From a virus (lineage: Duplodnaviria > Caudoviricetes), in IMG/VR virus record IMGVR_UViG_3300031555_004524, positions 128,001 through 192,000 of that record: a DNA stretch of 64,000 nt; one strand, written 5' to 3'. Each line of letters opens with the position of its first letter. Positions within the stretch are counted from its first letter, which is position 1. Below are positions 8,906 to 19,277 of the stretch, in pieces. The position numbers were made by a program, and so were the translations under genes. The notes below the pieces were generated by a model. The model did no database searches, was not told where the DNA came from, and saw only the letters and a list, made by a program, of their open reading frames with translations.

Positions 8906-10269
8906 CGGACTTCCATGAGGTATTTTCTCAACCTCATGGTAATACATAGACTATATTTATATCCATTACCATTGAAACAAATCTTTAGGCATTGGGATAC
9001 TCTTATTTTGGATTTAAAGGGACTTATTGCTTGCAGCGCCCTTCCTATTTTCTAGGATCTACTTCTACTAATACCAATATTATATTTCTATAATATCAAT
9101 CTTTCGAATAGTCGTTGAACGTTTTATAAATTAGAAATATAAATGATAATTTTTATGTCCAGGCATAATAGGTAATGGTCTCTTTGCATTTGGATATGTT
9201 TTTCTTGCATCTGAGTATCCAGCTTTCTTAAAAATATCAATAACGAAAGACTTAAAATATCTACGTCTATTTTCGTTGACATTTAAAGCATTTGCTAGGT
9301 CATCATAATCAAAATTCGAAGATTCAGGTTGTGACATAATATAACATACATCATATGCCATTTCTTCTGGAAATCTGTAATCGCCTTGCATTCCTGGTAT
9401 ATTATATTCCATGGATATACTCATATATGCGCTACCATATTTTATATTCCGTATAATAGCACACATCTTATTTCTAGCAATCTGATCTTGTTTAGTATAA
9501 CCTAATTTATCGGCAATTTCTGGAGCTTCTAATCCATCTTTTATACATTGACAGATCAAATGTACTTGTTCATCCGTAATGTAACTTCTTGGATTGTCAG
9601 TTCCAATATATCCACATAATCCATTATCTAAAGCATGTCTAGTATTAGCTGATACAGTCAACCATTCTAAATTACCAATATAATTATTAGTTTTAACCCC
9701 ATCTTTATGATTAGGTATAAATCTAAATGATTCTTTTATTGGGCAGAATGACATTAGTACCAACTTATGAACTCCAGTAAATATAGTTTTACCATCTTCA
9801 GATATTGTAATGCTCACTCTATAGTATCCACCCTCATCTAGATAATATGACATCAATCTTTCATATCTTATTGAGTAGAGTCTACCATAATTGCTAATAT
9901 AATACCAAGGTAATACCCTTCCATCATAAAAGATAACTGGAGTGAAGTATTCACCTGGTAGCGATTCTACGTTTTTCATTACAGTTGGATAGAATAATCT
10001 TTGTAAGTTATCACTTTTTTCTGGTATTATCATTTTATCATCCCCTTTCATACTTATTTTTTCTAATTTACAAATTCGCTGCTGATTGGATATTTCGGCG
10101 ATTAAGACTTAGTGTTTCCACATATCCCATCTCGATAATTTTTTCTGATTTTCATCAGCATTCACGCTTACCTTTGCAAGTTACGTTGTAGCTTATCGAG
10201 CATTAATCCTTCCCAGCAATTAAAAGAGTTTTAACTCCTGTATTCCTACATGAGTGGCCAAGTTTGTTT
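8906..10269 (-). mobile_element. Group I self-splicing intron (1364 nt) carrying a homing endonuclease ORF
   Basis: 5' exon ends in U, with P1 GGCUAA/UUGGCC giving a U-G pair at the splice site. P element AAUUGCUGGGAA, Q AAUCAGCAG, R GUUCAACGACUA, S AAAUAUAGUCUA (P7 GACUA/UAGUC), P9 hairpin ccaugagg/ccucaugg, terminal G at 8906. Confidence 0.92.
9131..10033 (-). CDS. Intron-encoded HNH homing endonuclease (NUMOD4/HNH type)
   Basis: YYISNYGRL, VHKLVL, NHKDGVKTNNYIGNLEW...NTRHA. Lies between the Q and R elements. SD AAAGGGG favours the ATG at 10033 (ORF track gives 10051). Confidence 0.9.
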   Translation of the reverse strand: MIIPEKSDNLQRLFYPTVMKNVESLPGEYFTPVIFYDGRVLPWYYISNYGRLYSIRYERLMSYYLDEGGYYRVSITISEDGKTIFTGVHKLVLMSFCPIKESFRFIPNHKDGVKTNNYIGNLEWLTVSANTRHALDNGLCGYIGTDNPRSYITDEQVHLICQCIKDGLEAPEIADKLGYTKQDQIARNKMCAIIRNIKYGSAYMSISMEYNIPGMQGDYRFPEEMAYDVCYIMSQPESSNFDYDDLANALNVNENRRRYFKSFVIDIFKKAGYSDARKTYPNAKRPLPIMPGHKNYHLYF

Positions 10270-11553
10270 AGCCGCAAGCGGTGGTAAGATTTGTAATGGA
10301 ACTCCCATTACAAAACTATCTGATATTCCTACACAATACATTTGCATAATTCCACCATATGCAATAGTTGGATTTCGATTAATAATTATAGGAATTCCTC
10401 TTCCACTATGATCATTCTGAATTAATGATTCTATAATCTGTCGTATCATGATATTTTCTTCAATATATCCCTGATACCATAATTGATATGCATCAGAATA
10501 ACTTTTGTTATAAGTTTTCTGAATTATATTAACTATTCTCTGTTCTAATAATTTTACTAGACATTTATAAGGTAATTTAACCTCATCAATTCTAACTGAT
10601 AAATCAGCTGCAATAACACAACGAGATGAAAAGTTATATCGTCCACCTAAGAGTGAACGAACAATACCTTTTTTCTTCTTTAATACATCTTCTAAATTAG
10701 CATATAATTTATTAAATTTATTTTGTAAATCATATAATAATTCGAAATTTGATGTGGATTTAGCATTCATCTTTAATACACCATATTGATTTAATTTATT
10801 TACAATATTATTCATAATATTATAAAGACCATTGCTATCTTCATAATAGAAGTTTTTCTGATCTACATCAATAGGTCTAAGTAATACTGTAAATACAGGT
10901 ATTGATTGTGTAAATACTACATCTTTATTGTCTAGTATTTCATGATACTGCTCACGTTTCTTTTTGGTAGTTATTGATCTTGCGTAGAATTCAATAACTT
11001 CATCAAATCTTTCTTTAAATTCCATCATACCAATACCAGCAAATGGTTCATCTTTTGTCTTTGTTACCCCAGTATCAGTAACATGACCATCTTGATCTTT
11101 TTCTGCAGCATATGCTAAAATATGATCTAATCTTTCTTTTCCTAAGAAATTCTTGATTACTTTATACATATTTGGATGCATGATATAATGTGGATCTTTC
11201 AATACAATCCAACCAAAATATGCAAAATTATCATCTACATATTCTACTGGAGTTCCACAAATTGGACAGATGGTTTTATTGTTGATACGGAAATTTAAAT
11301 GTCCACATTTACAACGATATCTGTTTGCATATGGATTCATATCTCTTAATGTCTGACCAAATCTTGATGACCATAATCCATCATAATCTTTTAAGTCTTT
11401 CTTGATACCATGCGGTGGACCAATAACAAAACCGTTATCTATGGATAAATCCATAATACGTTCTTGGTCTAGATTAATTCTTTTTAATCTGGTTTCATAT
11501 TCGTAGTCTTCTGAGTACGGATATCTCAGAGTTACTTCAAATTCTCCTCCCAT
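10270..11553 (-). CDS. rpoC: RNA polymerase beta' N-terminal subunit, exon 1 (probably non-virion RNAP)
   Basis: Zn motif CKCG...CPICG, KKGIVRSLLGGRYNFSSRCVI, INRNPTI, PLQILPPLAA|. SD GGAGGTG before 11553; early motif at 11591-11598. Confidence 0.9.
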
Positions 11554-11590
11554 ATTTAATTTTACACCTCCTTGATTTTTGTTCATATAA

Positions 11591-11598
11591 ATAATATA
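11591..11598 (-). promoter_or_regulatory. Early-type phage promoter motif TATATTAT (representative copy)
   Basis: Intergenic copies at 1682, 7358, 11591, 11976, 12149, 15218, 20787, 28077, 38321, often followed by N3-4-TATGA. Resembles the phiKZ early consensus TATATTAC. Confidence 0.65.
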
Positions 11599-11625
11599 TG
11601 ATTATTTGGCTGTTTGGGAAAAAGT

Positions 11626-11662
11626 AAAAAAATAAAGGATTGTTGATCATCCTTTATTTTTT
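11626..11662 (-). terminator. Intrinsic terminator
   Basis: Stem aaaaaataaaggat/atcctttatttttt. Confidence 0.75.
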
Positions 11663-11692
11663 AGGGAATACTAGATCTGCATAGATCTAGTA

Positions 11693-11803
11693 TTAATTTG
11701 ATTTAAATTTAATAGTTGATGATCTTTTTGATATTTCGAGCATCATCCTTCTCAGAATATACCACGCTTTTATGAATGCAATTCTAACAGCTTTTATATA
11801 CAT
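11693..11803 (-). CDS. 36-aa basic peptide MYIKAVRIAFIKAWYILRRMMLEISKRSSTIKFKSN
   Basis: SD AAGGAG overlapping the upstream stop; inside a promoter-terminator cassette. Confidence 0.5.
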   Translation of the reverse strand: MYIKAVRIAFIKAWYILRRMMLEISKRSSTIKFKSN

Positions 11804-11816
11804 CTCATATATCTCC

Positions 11817-11930
11817 TTATTTTAAAAATCTTTTTAATTTACCATCTTCAATTTTAATTGATGGGTTGTATTGTGAGCTGAGTCTGTGACATTCAGTTGA
11901 TTTATTTAAAGTATTTAAAGTGTGTAACAT
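11817..11930 (-). CDS. 37-aa peptide MLHTLNTLNKSTECHRLSSQYNPSIKIEDGKLKRFLK
   Basis: SD AAAGGAG; directly after the early motif at 11976-11983. Confidence 0.55.
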   Translation of the reverse strand: MLHTLNTLNKSTECHRLSSQYNPSIKIEDGKLKRFLK

Positions 11931-11950
11931 TTTTTATCTCTCCTTTTTTA

Positions 11951-12160
11951 AATGTATCATATGTATTTCATAATAATAATATATCATTAATGATATCAAT
12001 ATTTACAATAATAATATTATTGTATCTTTAAAAATTTATTAAATTATTAGTAAAAAAATAAAGGACACGCTACCATCCTTTATTTTTTTATTTAAAATCC
12101 TCCCTTCTTTTTTATTTTTGTTGAATGTATTGTATGTATTTCATAATAATAATATATTAC
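11951..12160. repeat. Imperfect ~35-bp direct repeat containing the early promoter motif
   Basis: aatgtat..tatgtatttcataataataatatat at about 11951-11984 and 12124-12157. Confidence 0.7.
12052..12089 (-). terminator. Intrinsic terminator
   Basis: Stem aaaaaaataaagga/tcctttattttttt, near-identical to the one at 11626. Confidence 0.75.
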
Positions 12161-12203
12161 CAATAATAGTTATTTTTACAAAAAACAGAGTAGACTTTTT
12201 AGT

Positions 12204-12818
12204 CTACTCTGCACCTAAAATAGTATAATATATCCTACCAAATACTGAACGAACACAAGATTCCAGATTACCATTAATAAATCTATCAAGTTCGCATATA
12301 CCTGCTTTTTTTAAATTATCTTCAGAAAAATCAATTAAATCTTGTCTAAGTCTTCTATACATTTCTGCATAGTCTTTATTAGAATTTCGTTCTCTATTAA
12401 GAGCACGTAATGCTCGTACATATTCATCCGGAGTCTCGATATATATAGGGACCATAGTTTCAGTACCATAATATTCGCATAACTTTGTATAACTTTCAAG
12501 TGTACCAATACCAATATAATTATTAGACTCTAGATCAATAACATCTGATGAAGTAAAATATACCCATGGCCCATTAGATGTATTGTATGTTCTGCTTTCT
12601 AATATTTTACCTTTTTTATACATATCATTATACAATTTATCATTAACAAAATGATATTCTACACCATTTGTTTCTCCAGATCTCATAGGTCTAGTAGTAT
12701 ATATTATTATCGGTTTTATATTTATTTCCGATCTTTCTAATAAATCATCTAGAATAAGCTTATATATAGTGTCTTTCCCTGCTGATGATTTGCCCATAAT
12801 ATAAAAAATATAATTCAT
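12204..12818 (-). CDS. gmk: Guanylate kinase
   Basis: P-loop GKSSAGKDT and TTRPMRSGETNGVEYHFV signature. Confidence 0.92.
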   Translation of the reverse strand: MNYIFYIMGKSSAGKDTIYKLILDDLLERSEINIKPIIIYTTRPMRSGETNGVEYHFVNDKLYNDMYKKGKILESRTYNTSNGPWVYFTSSDVIDLESNNYIGIGTLESYTKLCEYYGTETMVPIYIETPDEYVRALRALNRERNSNKDYAEMYRRLRQDLIDFSEDNLKKAGICELDRFINGNLESCVRSVFGRIYYTILGAE

Positions 12819-12846
12819 ACATTATTTTTCTCCTTTCGTGTATTAA

Positions 12847-13425
12847 TTATATTTTCATATCTCCATATATTGCTACAATATCATGCATTGGAGTTTTAAA
12901 TGGAATAACGTCTAATATATCATCAAAATCATAATTGCGTCTAATAAGCATTTTTATATATATCTTTTCATCATCTCTATCTTTTCGATCATATTTATAG
13001 AAATTAGTATATATGAAAACTTCAGCTGGATTGGACCATTGTAAATTTTCCACAGTATGATTCATATTATTCCAATCTCTAACATGTACAAGATTTCTAT
13101 TATATTGAATATCTTTTTCTGTTTTTGGTAGAAATGTTATTGCCACTAATCTATTTAATGAATATTCTTTAATCTTTCCTTTATTAGAATAAAGAGCAAC
13201 TCGACCAATACGATTTCTATAACTTATCTCAATTATAGTATTTGATTTCTTATCAATAATTTTTCCAAGAGGACTAATACCATAACGACCTGGCATTATA
13301 TCTTCAATTTCAAGATCAACAATAATATTTCCATCTTTTTCAACATTAGATTCTAATTGATTGACCTTATTATTAAACATTGGAATCTTCTTTGTAAAAT
13401 TTTTGAAAAATCTTTTCATCTTCAT
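12847..13425 (-). CDS. Free-standing HNH-endonuclease-like protein, possibly degenerate
   Basis: YGISPLGKI, LNRLVAITFLP, HVRDWNNMNHTVENLQW. Confidence 0.65.
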   Translation of the reverse strand: MKMKRFFKNFTKKIPMFNNKVNQLESNVEKDGNIIVDLEIEDIMPGRYGISPLGKIIDKKSNTIIEISYRNRIGRVALYSNKGKIKEYSLNRLVAITFLPKTEKDIQYNRNLVHVRDWNNMNHTVENLQWSNPAEVFIYTNFYKYDRKDRDDEKIYIKMLIRRNYDFDDILDVIPFKTPMHDIVAIYGDMKI

Positions 13426-13504
13426 ATTAATTTACCTCGATCAAATAAAATATTAATTAGATGTAAAAAATAAAAGGATATGTGTTCCCACATATCCTTT
13501 ATTA

Positions 13505-14743
13505 TTATTTTGTAATTCCAAATGCTTTATTAATATCCATAGTTGTCATTTTTTGTGTGCCATCATGGAAAGCTTTCATTGATCTATTTTTCATAGTAGA
13601 TGGCAAATTAGTAGAAGCTACTCCAATATTCTTTTCATTTCTATAATACTCCATATTACCAGCACAAGCATTACATATTCCTGTTTTAGATTCACACATT
13701 GATGAAAATCTCATTTTAACTGTTTTTCCTATGTATTTATTTTTATTAGAAGAATTTAATTCTACTAATCTATTTCCTTCCACCATATAGCAATACATCC
13801 ATTCACCAATATTATCATTAGTTAATGTAACTTTAATATATCTTTTTGTTCCACAATCAGAACCTTTAGTATCTAATGTTATATGCTGATATGCATATAA
13901 AAATAACTTTTCAAGATATCCACCGATTTCAGTTTTCTTTGCTCTAGAGAACGGACCTGCTGCTAATGAATTTGCAAATAATGAATATTCTTCAGGTTTA
14001 ATACCATCAATATAACTAGAAGTAGCAACTTTATATTTTTGTTTAGCTGAAGGGTCTGGATTTTTAATTGGACCTCTTATCACAAACATTTCTTTGAACT
14101 GATTATTTACACTTCCTCTAGCTCCAGAAAGAAACATATCCATAGATGGATCATCTCCCATGTATTCTTTTGCATATTCTATTAATTCTTTTTCCAATTT
14201 ACTTGCAACTACTACATCTCCAGCATCTAGTTCTTTCTTATATTTTTTAATTAATTCTTCTTTTTTCTTATTTATAGCTTTACTACAGGTTAACATTTTT
14301 TCAGTATATGCTGGGGATAATATACTTACATATGGCATAAACTTTTGTGTCTTCATCAAAAATCTATGCAAAATATCAACAGTAATTCTATCTTCCATTA
14401 AAGCATATGATAATAATTCAGTTATATCACTGAACACTTTACCGTCAATTGTTTTATTTATATATCCACCATCAATGAGATCAAACAATTCCTGCTCTAT
14501 AAAAAATTTATTAAATACATAAATACCTACAGTTGTAGTGAACTCTTTTTTATTCTTTCTATTTCCTTTACCATAGCTTCCAGGTGGTATTGTTATTTCA
14601 TCATAAGTCTGAAATCTTGTTTTTCCATCAAACTTACCAAAAGTCTCCATTATAAAAGTTGTTGTAATATCATCTTCACTTATATTTGCTATATATTGTA
14701 TATCTTCTTTTTTTGTTATCACTTTAGGTTTTCTTGAAGCCAT
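13505..14743 (-). CDS. rpoC: RNA polymerase beta' C-terminal subunit (bridge helix/trigger loop; probably virion RNAP)
   Basis: SGARGSVNNQ, GGYLEK, DCGT, CESKTGICNACAG, NIG, MKAFHDG; late promoter variant at 14768-14779. Confidence 0.9.
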   Translation of the reverse strand: MASRKPKVITKKEDIQYIANISEDDITTTFIMETFGKFDGKTRFQTYDEITIPPGSYGKGNRKNKKEFTTTVGIYVFNKFFIEQELFDLIDGGYINKTIDGKVFSDITELLSYALMEDRITVDILHRFLMKTQKFMPYVSILSPAYTEKMLTCSKAINKKKEELIKKYKKELDAGDVVVASKLEKELIEYAKEYMGDDPSMDMFLSGARGSVNNQFKEMFVIRGPIKNPDPSAKQKYKVATSSYIDGIKPEEYSLFANSLAAGPFSRAKKTEIGGYLEKLFLYAYQHITLDTKGSDCGTKRYIKVTLTNDNIGEWMYCYMVEGNRLVELNSSNKNKYIGKTVKMRFSSMCESKTGICNACAGNMEYYRNEKNIGVASTNLPSTMKNRSMKAFHDGTQKMTTMDINKAFGITK

Positions 14744-14788
14744 ATTGAATTGCTCCTTTCAAAATATTATTAGTAAGTTGACAAAAAA

Positions 14789-14821
14789 TAATCCTAGTGC
14801 TTTTTTACAGCACTAGGATTA
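14789..14821 (-). terminator. Intrinsic terminator
   Basis: Stem taatcctagtgct/agcactaggatta. Confidence 0.8.
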
Positions 14822-14827
14822 ATATTT

Positions 14828-15166
14828 TTAATTGAATCGATATGTTCTATCATTAATTGAAACGATGTAAGACTTGTATTCATAAATTTGATTGAGATAT
14901 TCCATGATATCTACTTCCTCGATATATAATATTTCTTTAGGACATTCAGGATTTGGACATTCATTTGCTCCCGCATTCATTGGATATCCACAATATGGAC
15001 AAACTCCTGGTCCTATAAAACGTTCTTCAAAGATTGTGTCGTTTTTTGGTACTCTTGTGTACTCCAGTTCAGCTACTAACTCGCCCTCTTCAATAGCTTG
15101 CACTCGTATATACTGAATATCTTCTATTCGGTATTGTACGATTCTTCCTCTTTGTTTTTCCATCAT
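14828..15166 (-). CDS. Small zinc-ribbon protein
   Basis: CPYCG...CPNPEC; own early motif (15218-15225) and terminator. Confidence 0.7.
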   Translation of the reverse strand: MMEKQRGRIVQYRIEDIQYIRVQAIEEGELVAELEYTRVPKNDTIFEERFIGPGVCPYCGYPMNAGANECPNPECPKEILYIEEVDIMEYLNQIYEYKSYIVSINDRTYRFN

Positions 15167-15282
15167 ATTTGTCTCTCCTTTTTCTCATATAATGTATACT
15201 TATAGCGTATCATAACTATAATATACAACTGTTATATTTTATAGTTACTAAATCTGTACAAATATACATTTTTACTAATCTT

Positions 15283-16101
15283 CTAATAGAATATCTGATA
15301 AATAATATCGATACCTTTATCTTCTTCGATTAATGACTCTGTAGAAAAATTCAATTTTGTAAGTGGTCTAATATTCTGATATACAGTATAACCATTAATT
15401 ACCTTTGGCACTGCTGTTAATAATGAAATAGTATTAATTTTGGCATCATTAATACCAGTAGTAGCAATAAAGAATTCTCTACAATCTTCTGGTGTAATAG
15501 ATAGCTTAATTTCAACATATGATTCAACTCTCATTGAATTGTCTGACATATATATATTCTCATCGATAGGAGTACCATCGACATATTCCTGTTTGAAAAT
15601 AGGTGCCTGCTCAAAAGCTTTGAAATAATATGCAATTCTATCAGCAGCAGCAATTGTTTTTCTTCCAAAATATTTTTCTCGCAAATCAGCTGAAATATCT
15701 GCATTGGTTAACTGATATCTAAATGGAACAAGATCTTCTGCACTGATCCACTTAGTATAATCTACATCTAATTTCTGACTAACTTCTGGTCCGCATCCAC
15801 CAACACCTACTGCAAATAAATAAACATATGAATCTAAACGTTCTTCCGAATCTGTAATAGATGATATATTATCTAATCCTAATACTGAATTGTATGTAGG
15901 AGTTTTTACTGGAATGCTAATATCTTTAAAATGTTTCATTGCAGTAAAAGTTGAACCTGGTAATATAACTTTATTATCCTCTTCAAATAATAAAATGTCG
16001 GTACCATGAATATAAAATTTACCATGACCTCTTGCAATTCTATTAAAATTTGCATTGTCTTGCGACTTTGCTCCATCATATAATACTTTTTTAGTATTCA
16101 T
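15283..16101 (-). CDS. Putative virion/baseplate protein
   Basis: NKVILPG, LFAVGVGG, LVPFRY and INTISL motifs; co-transcribed with the 768-aa structural gene. Confidence 0.5.
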   Translation of the reverse strand: MNTKKVLYDGAKSQDNANFNRIARGHGKFYIHGTDILLFEEDNKVILPGSTFTAMKHFKDISIPVKTPTYNSVLGLDNISSITDSEERLDSYVYLFAVGVGGCGPEVSQKLDVDYTKWISAEDLVPFRYQLTNADISADLREKYFGRKTIAAADRIAYYFKAFEQAPIFKQEYVDGTPIDENIYMSDNSMRVESYVEIKLSITPEDCREFFIATTGINDAKINTISLLTAVPKVINGYTVYQNIRPLTKLNFSTESLIEEDKGIDIIYQIFY

Positions 16102-16121
16102 TGTTATTACCTCCTAAAAAT

Positions 16122-18428
16122 TTAATTTGTATATGAAATATGTATCACATCCTCAAGATATATTTTTTCTTTTGGTTTGAGGTGTACTAATAATTCATTT
16201 ATGTAATCATCAATCTGAACATGATCTACTTTATGAAGTAAATACTTGAACAGTATTCTGTCTATAATTGATATCCAGTTATCTACTCTATTGTCAAATT
16301 TGTACACAATATTCATATGAGTGAAATCAACTTTATAAGATTTAAAGAAATTTAATACTTTATATAAATATTGTCTTAGATAATCCATAGATACAGTAGG
16401 TATTCCATGGAAAATAAATCTAAATTCTTCTTCATCAAGATATATATAAATATTATCTACAATATAATTGATAATTTCTGAGCATTTATTTTTTCTATCA
16501 GACTCACTATCAATATTTTTGCAATCATAAATAATACTATATAGCGGACTATTTTTTTCAGATAAGAATTCTAAATATGTTTTTGGTTCATATCCGATAG
16601 ATCTAAAATAATCAAAATTTAATTGCGTTATCATTAATGAATCGAAGAGTTTCTTATATATATCATAAATATTCTTATCATTAGCAGTATACATCTGATC
16701 AACTAAGTGATTATAAATATTTTTATTATTTGTGTATATTTCTATTAATTGATCGAAGGTAAATACTCCATCTTTTGGGTTCTTAAATCCTGATATTCCT
16801 AATTCTTCTAATGTAAATTTCTTTTCTGCTACATATGAAGCTAAGTCATTCATGTCAGTTTCAAAATTAAACCCACAAACTGCTAATACTTGAATTGGAT
16901 TATATATGATATTATCTTTGATACCAAGATATGTATACATTAAAGAATATAACCCAATTAAACACTCGACGAGATTAAATTTATTAGTAGAACTTAATTC
17001 TGGAATGTCTAAATTTAATTCGTTCATATTTATATTACTATATAATATCATATTTATGAAATAACATAATTCCAACGTTAATTCTGTTAAAGAATAGGTT
17101 GTTTCCATACCAAGATATTTAGTAATAACCATATTGAATTCTCTTTCCAATATAGTATGTTTAACCTCTTCTGCAGTATAAGGCCCATTCCAATATACAT
17201 CATCTTTCACAAAATCATCATATGATACTATATTAAATGGATCTCGTATAGCTTCTTCTGCTATACCACCATCAAGTGGAACTTTTAAGAATTTAAGCTC
17301 ATAGTTAGCATCAACATTTTCAACCATTTGACCAGTTTTAGGATCTTCAAACATATCTTTTTGATATGACCCATCTTCGCGAATAACTGGATCTTTTAAA
17401 AGATAATATTGAAATAGTTCAACTTCATCAAATCCAAATAATGATGCTATATCTATTAGATTCTTATTACAAGATTTATACTTAATTAATCTATTAAGAT
17501 TTTTAACTAATCTCTTTTGATATTTTAATGGTATTTCAGGAAAATATTTTACTCCCTGAGACTCAAATACATATTGAATAGTTCTAAGGTCAAATAATTC
17601 TCGCTGAATAATATATTCTGGAGATAAGTTTATCATATCCACAAATGATTGTATAATAATCATACACATTACAAATTTATCATAATAATCTGATTCAAAT
17701 TTGTATGCTTCTGAATAGAAGGTTTGTAATAAAAATACTCGATTTATTTCTAATCTATCTTTAAATTTATTATAAACTTCTGTTGATTGACATGATGGTA
17801 AATATAACAACCCAAATTTAGCAGTTTTTCTAGCTAAATATGGATTTATTTTTTTCTCCCCAACATAATTCAAATATGTCTTATTTGGATAGGTAGCTTT
17901 TATTTCTTGCAATATATTCTTGGTTTCTAGTATATGAATTTCATCACTATCCATCTCATGAATATATTTATAATAATCAAAAGTCTCAATGCCAATTCTA
18001 GACATTTGATCGTAAGTTAAATGTATACCTTTATCCCCAAGAGGAGGTATACCATTAAGCATTCTATAATATTCATTCTGCTCTTCAAATTCTGCTAGAA
18101 AAGATTCTTCCTTATTCTTTAATATAGCAGATCTATATGAAGTCGGTATAAGTTTATTATTATTAGCATACATTTTTGCTGCTTCGCTACTAATACCTGG
18201 AACTTTTATAAGGTCCTTATATTCGAAATTCCATAATTCGAATCTATCTCTGCCCTCTACGATATCGGCATATCTATCAGCCATTTTTACACTATAAAGC
18301 GTTTCATGCTTATCTGCCTCGTCTTGATCTTTTAATATAATACCTTCAGTTATCATATTACGACACTGAAATACTATTTCATCGATTATCGGCACGTCTG
18401 TATAAATTCTCTGCGTTGTATCGACCAT
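16122..18428 (-). CDS. Putative baseplate/virion structural protein
   Basis: EQNEYYRMLNGIP and LIKYKSCNKNLIDIASLFG (wedge-like); late promoter variant at 18458-18469. Confidence 0.55.
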   Translation of the reverse strand: MVDTTQRIYTDVPIIDEIVFQCRNMITEGIILKDQDEADKHETLYSVKMADRYADIVEGRDRFELWNFEYKDLIKVPGISSEAAKMYANNNKLIPTSYRSAILKNKEESFLAEFEEQNEYYRMLNGIPPLGDKGIHLTYDQMSRIGIETFDYYKYIHEMDSDEIHILETKNILQEIKATYPNKTYLNYVGEKKINPYLARKTAKFGLLYLPSCQSTEVYNKFKDRLEINRVFLLQTFYSEAYKFESDYYDKFVMCMIIIQSFVDMINLSPEYIIQRELFDLRTIQYVFESQGVKYFPEIPLKYQKRLVKNLNRLIKYKSCNKNLIDIASLFGFDEVELFQYYLLKDPVIREDGSYQKDMFEDPKTGQMVENVDANYELKFLKVPLDGGIAEEAIRDPFNIVSYDDFVKDDVYWNGPYTAEEVKHTILEREFNMVITKYLGMETTYSLTELTLELCYFINMILYSNINMNELNLDIPELSSTNKFNLVECLIGLYSLMYTYLGIKDNIIYNPIQVLAVCGFNFETDMNDLASYVAEKKFTLEELGISGFKNPKDGVFTFDQLIEIYTNNKNIYNHLVDQMYTANDKNIYDIYKKLFDSLMITQLNFDYFRSIGYEPKTYLEFLSEKNSPLYSIIYDCKNIDSESDRKNKCSEIINYIVDNIYIYLDEEEFRFIFHGIPTVSMDYLRQYLYKVLNFFKSYKVDFTHMNIVYKFDNRVDNWISIIDRILFKYLLHKVDHVQIDDYINELLVHLKPKEKIYLEDVIHISYTN

Positions 18429-18566
18429 CTAGATTCATTCCTTTCTCTAGAAATATTTATTAGAATGTGCACAAAAACAAAAATATACAACAATAATTCA
18501 ATTATATAGCTAGATTCAATATAATAGGGGAAACATAGCAGTAACTTAAAAAGGAAGTGATAATAT

Positions 18567-19277
18567 ATGAATGATAATATAGCAGATGTACGAATGTCTT
18601 ATGAAATGGAAGGAAATCCAACATTACATTCTCCAAATACACCATTCGAACAACCTTTTTTATCAGATAGAGATACATTTATGGATGTGGATGAATATAA
18701 AGCTTTTGTGGAAAATTGTATTTCCAGATTTAGACATAGTGTTACATATAAAAATTATAAGCATTACTTGTATGATATAGGATTAAACAGATGCCAATTA
18801 TTAGGTAATATTACAAGTGATATGAAAGTGGCAATAGAAATGCATCATAATTTCTTAAATATTTTTGATATTACTGTATTAATAACTGAGCATATGATAA
18901 ATACTATAGGTTATTGTACAACTTTCGACGTAGTTCAAGCATTAAAAGAAGAGCATAAGAATAATAATATTCCAATAGTTATGCTTTCTAAAACAGCTCA
19001 TCAATTATATCACAATTCAAACGGAGAATTATTTATGCCAGCGAGAATGTGCTTTGGATTCTGGTATGAATTACTTAGAAAATATAATAGAGGTATAACT
19101 ATAAATATAGCACAAAAAGTTGTAAATTTCTTACGCAAAAGCGTTGAATATGAACAGAAATATTTACCAGATGAGGATATGACTAGAAAGTTATTAGAAG
19201 TAAGAGAACAAGTAGAAGGGTGGAATCAATATAATGAATATGCAGATATTATGCGGATTAATGGTGTTATATACTAG
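18567..19277 (+). CDS. His-rich HNH-like fold protein (paralog of 29359-30195)
   Basis: C...IEMHH...H...LSKTAHQLYH; late promoter at 18532-18543. Confidence 0.6.
   Translation: MNDNIADVRMSYEMEGNPTLHSPNTPFEQPFLSDRDTFMDVDEYKAFVENCISRFRHSVTYKNYKHYLYDIGLNRCQLLGNITSDMKVAIEMHHNFLNIFDITVLITEHMINTIGYCTTFDVVQALKEEHKNNNIPIVMLSKTAHQLYHNSNGELFMPARMCFGFWYELLRKYNRGITINIAQKVVNFLRKSVEYEQKYLPDEDMTRKLLEVREQVEGWNQYNEYADIMRINGVIY

Noticed and set aside
8906-8947. N-terminus MYYHEVEKIPHGSP of the 101-aa ORF
   Set aside because: This is intron sequence (P9 hairpin and terminal G); true coding resumes at 8905
10246-10269. C-terminus KQTWPLM* of the 446-aa ORF
   Set aside because: Read-through into the intron 5' end (P1)
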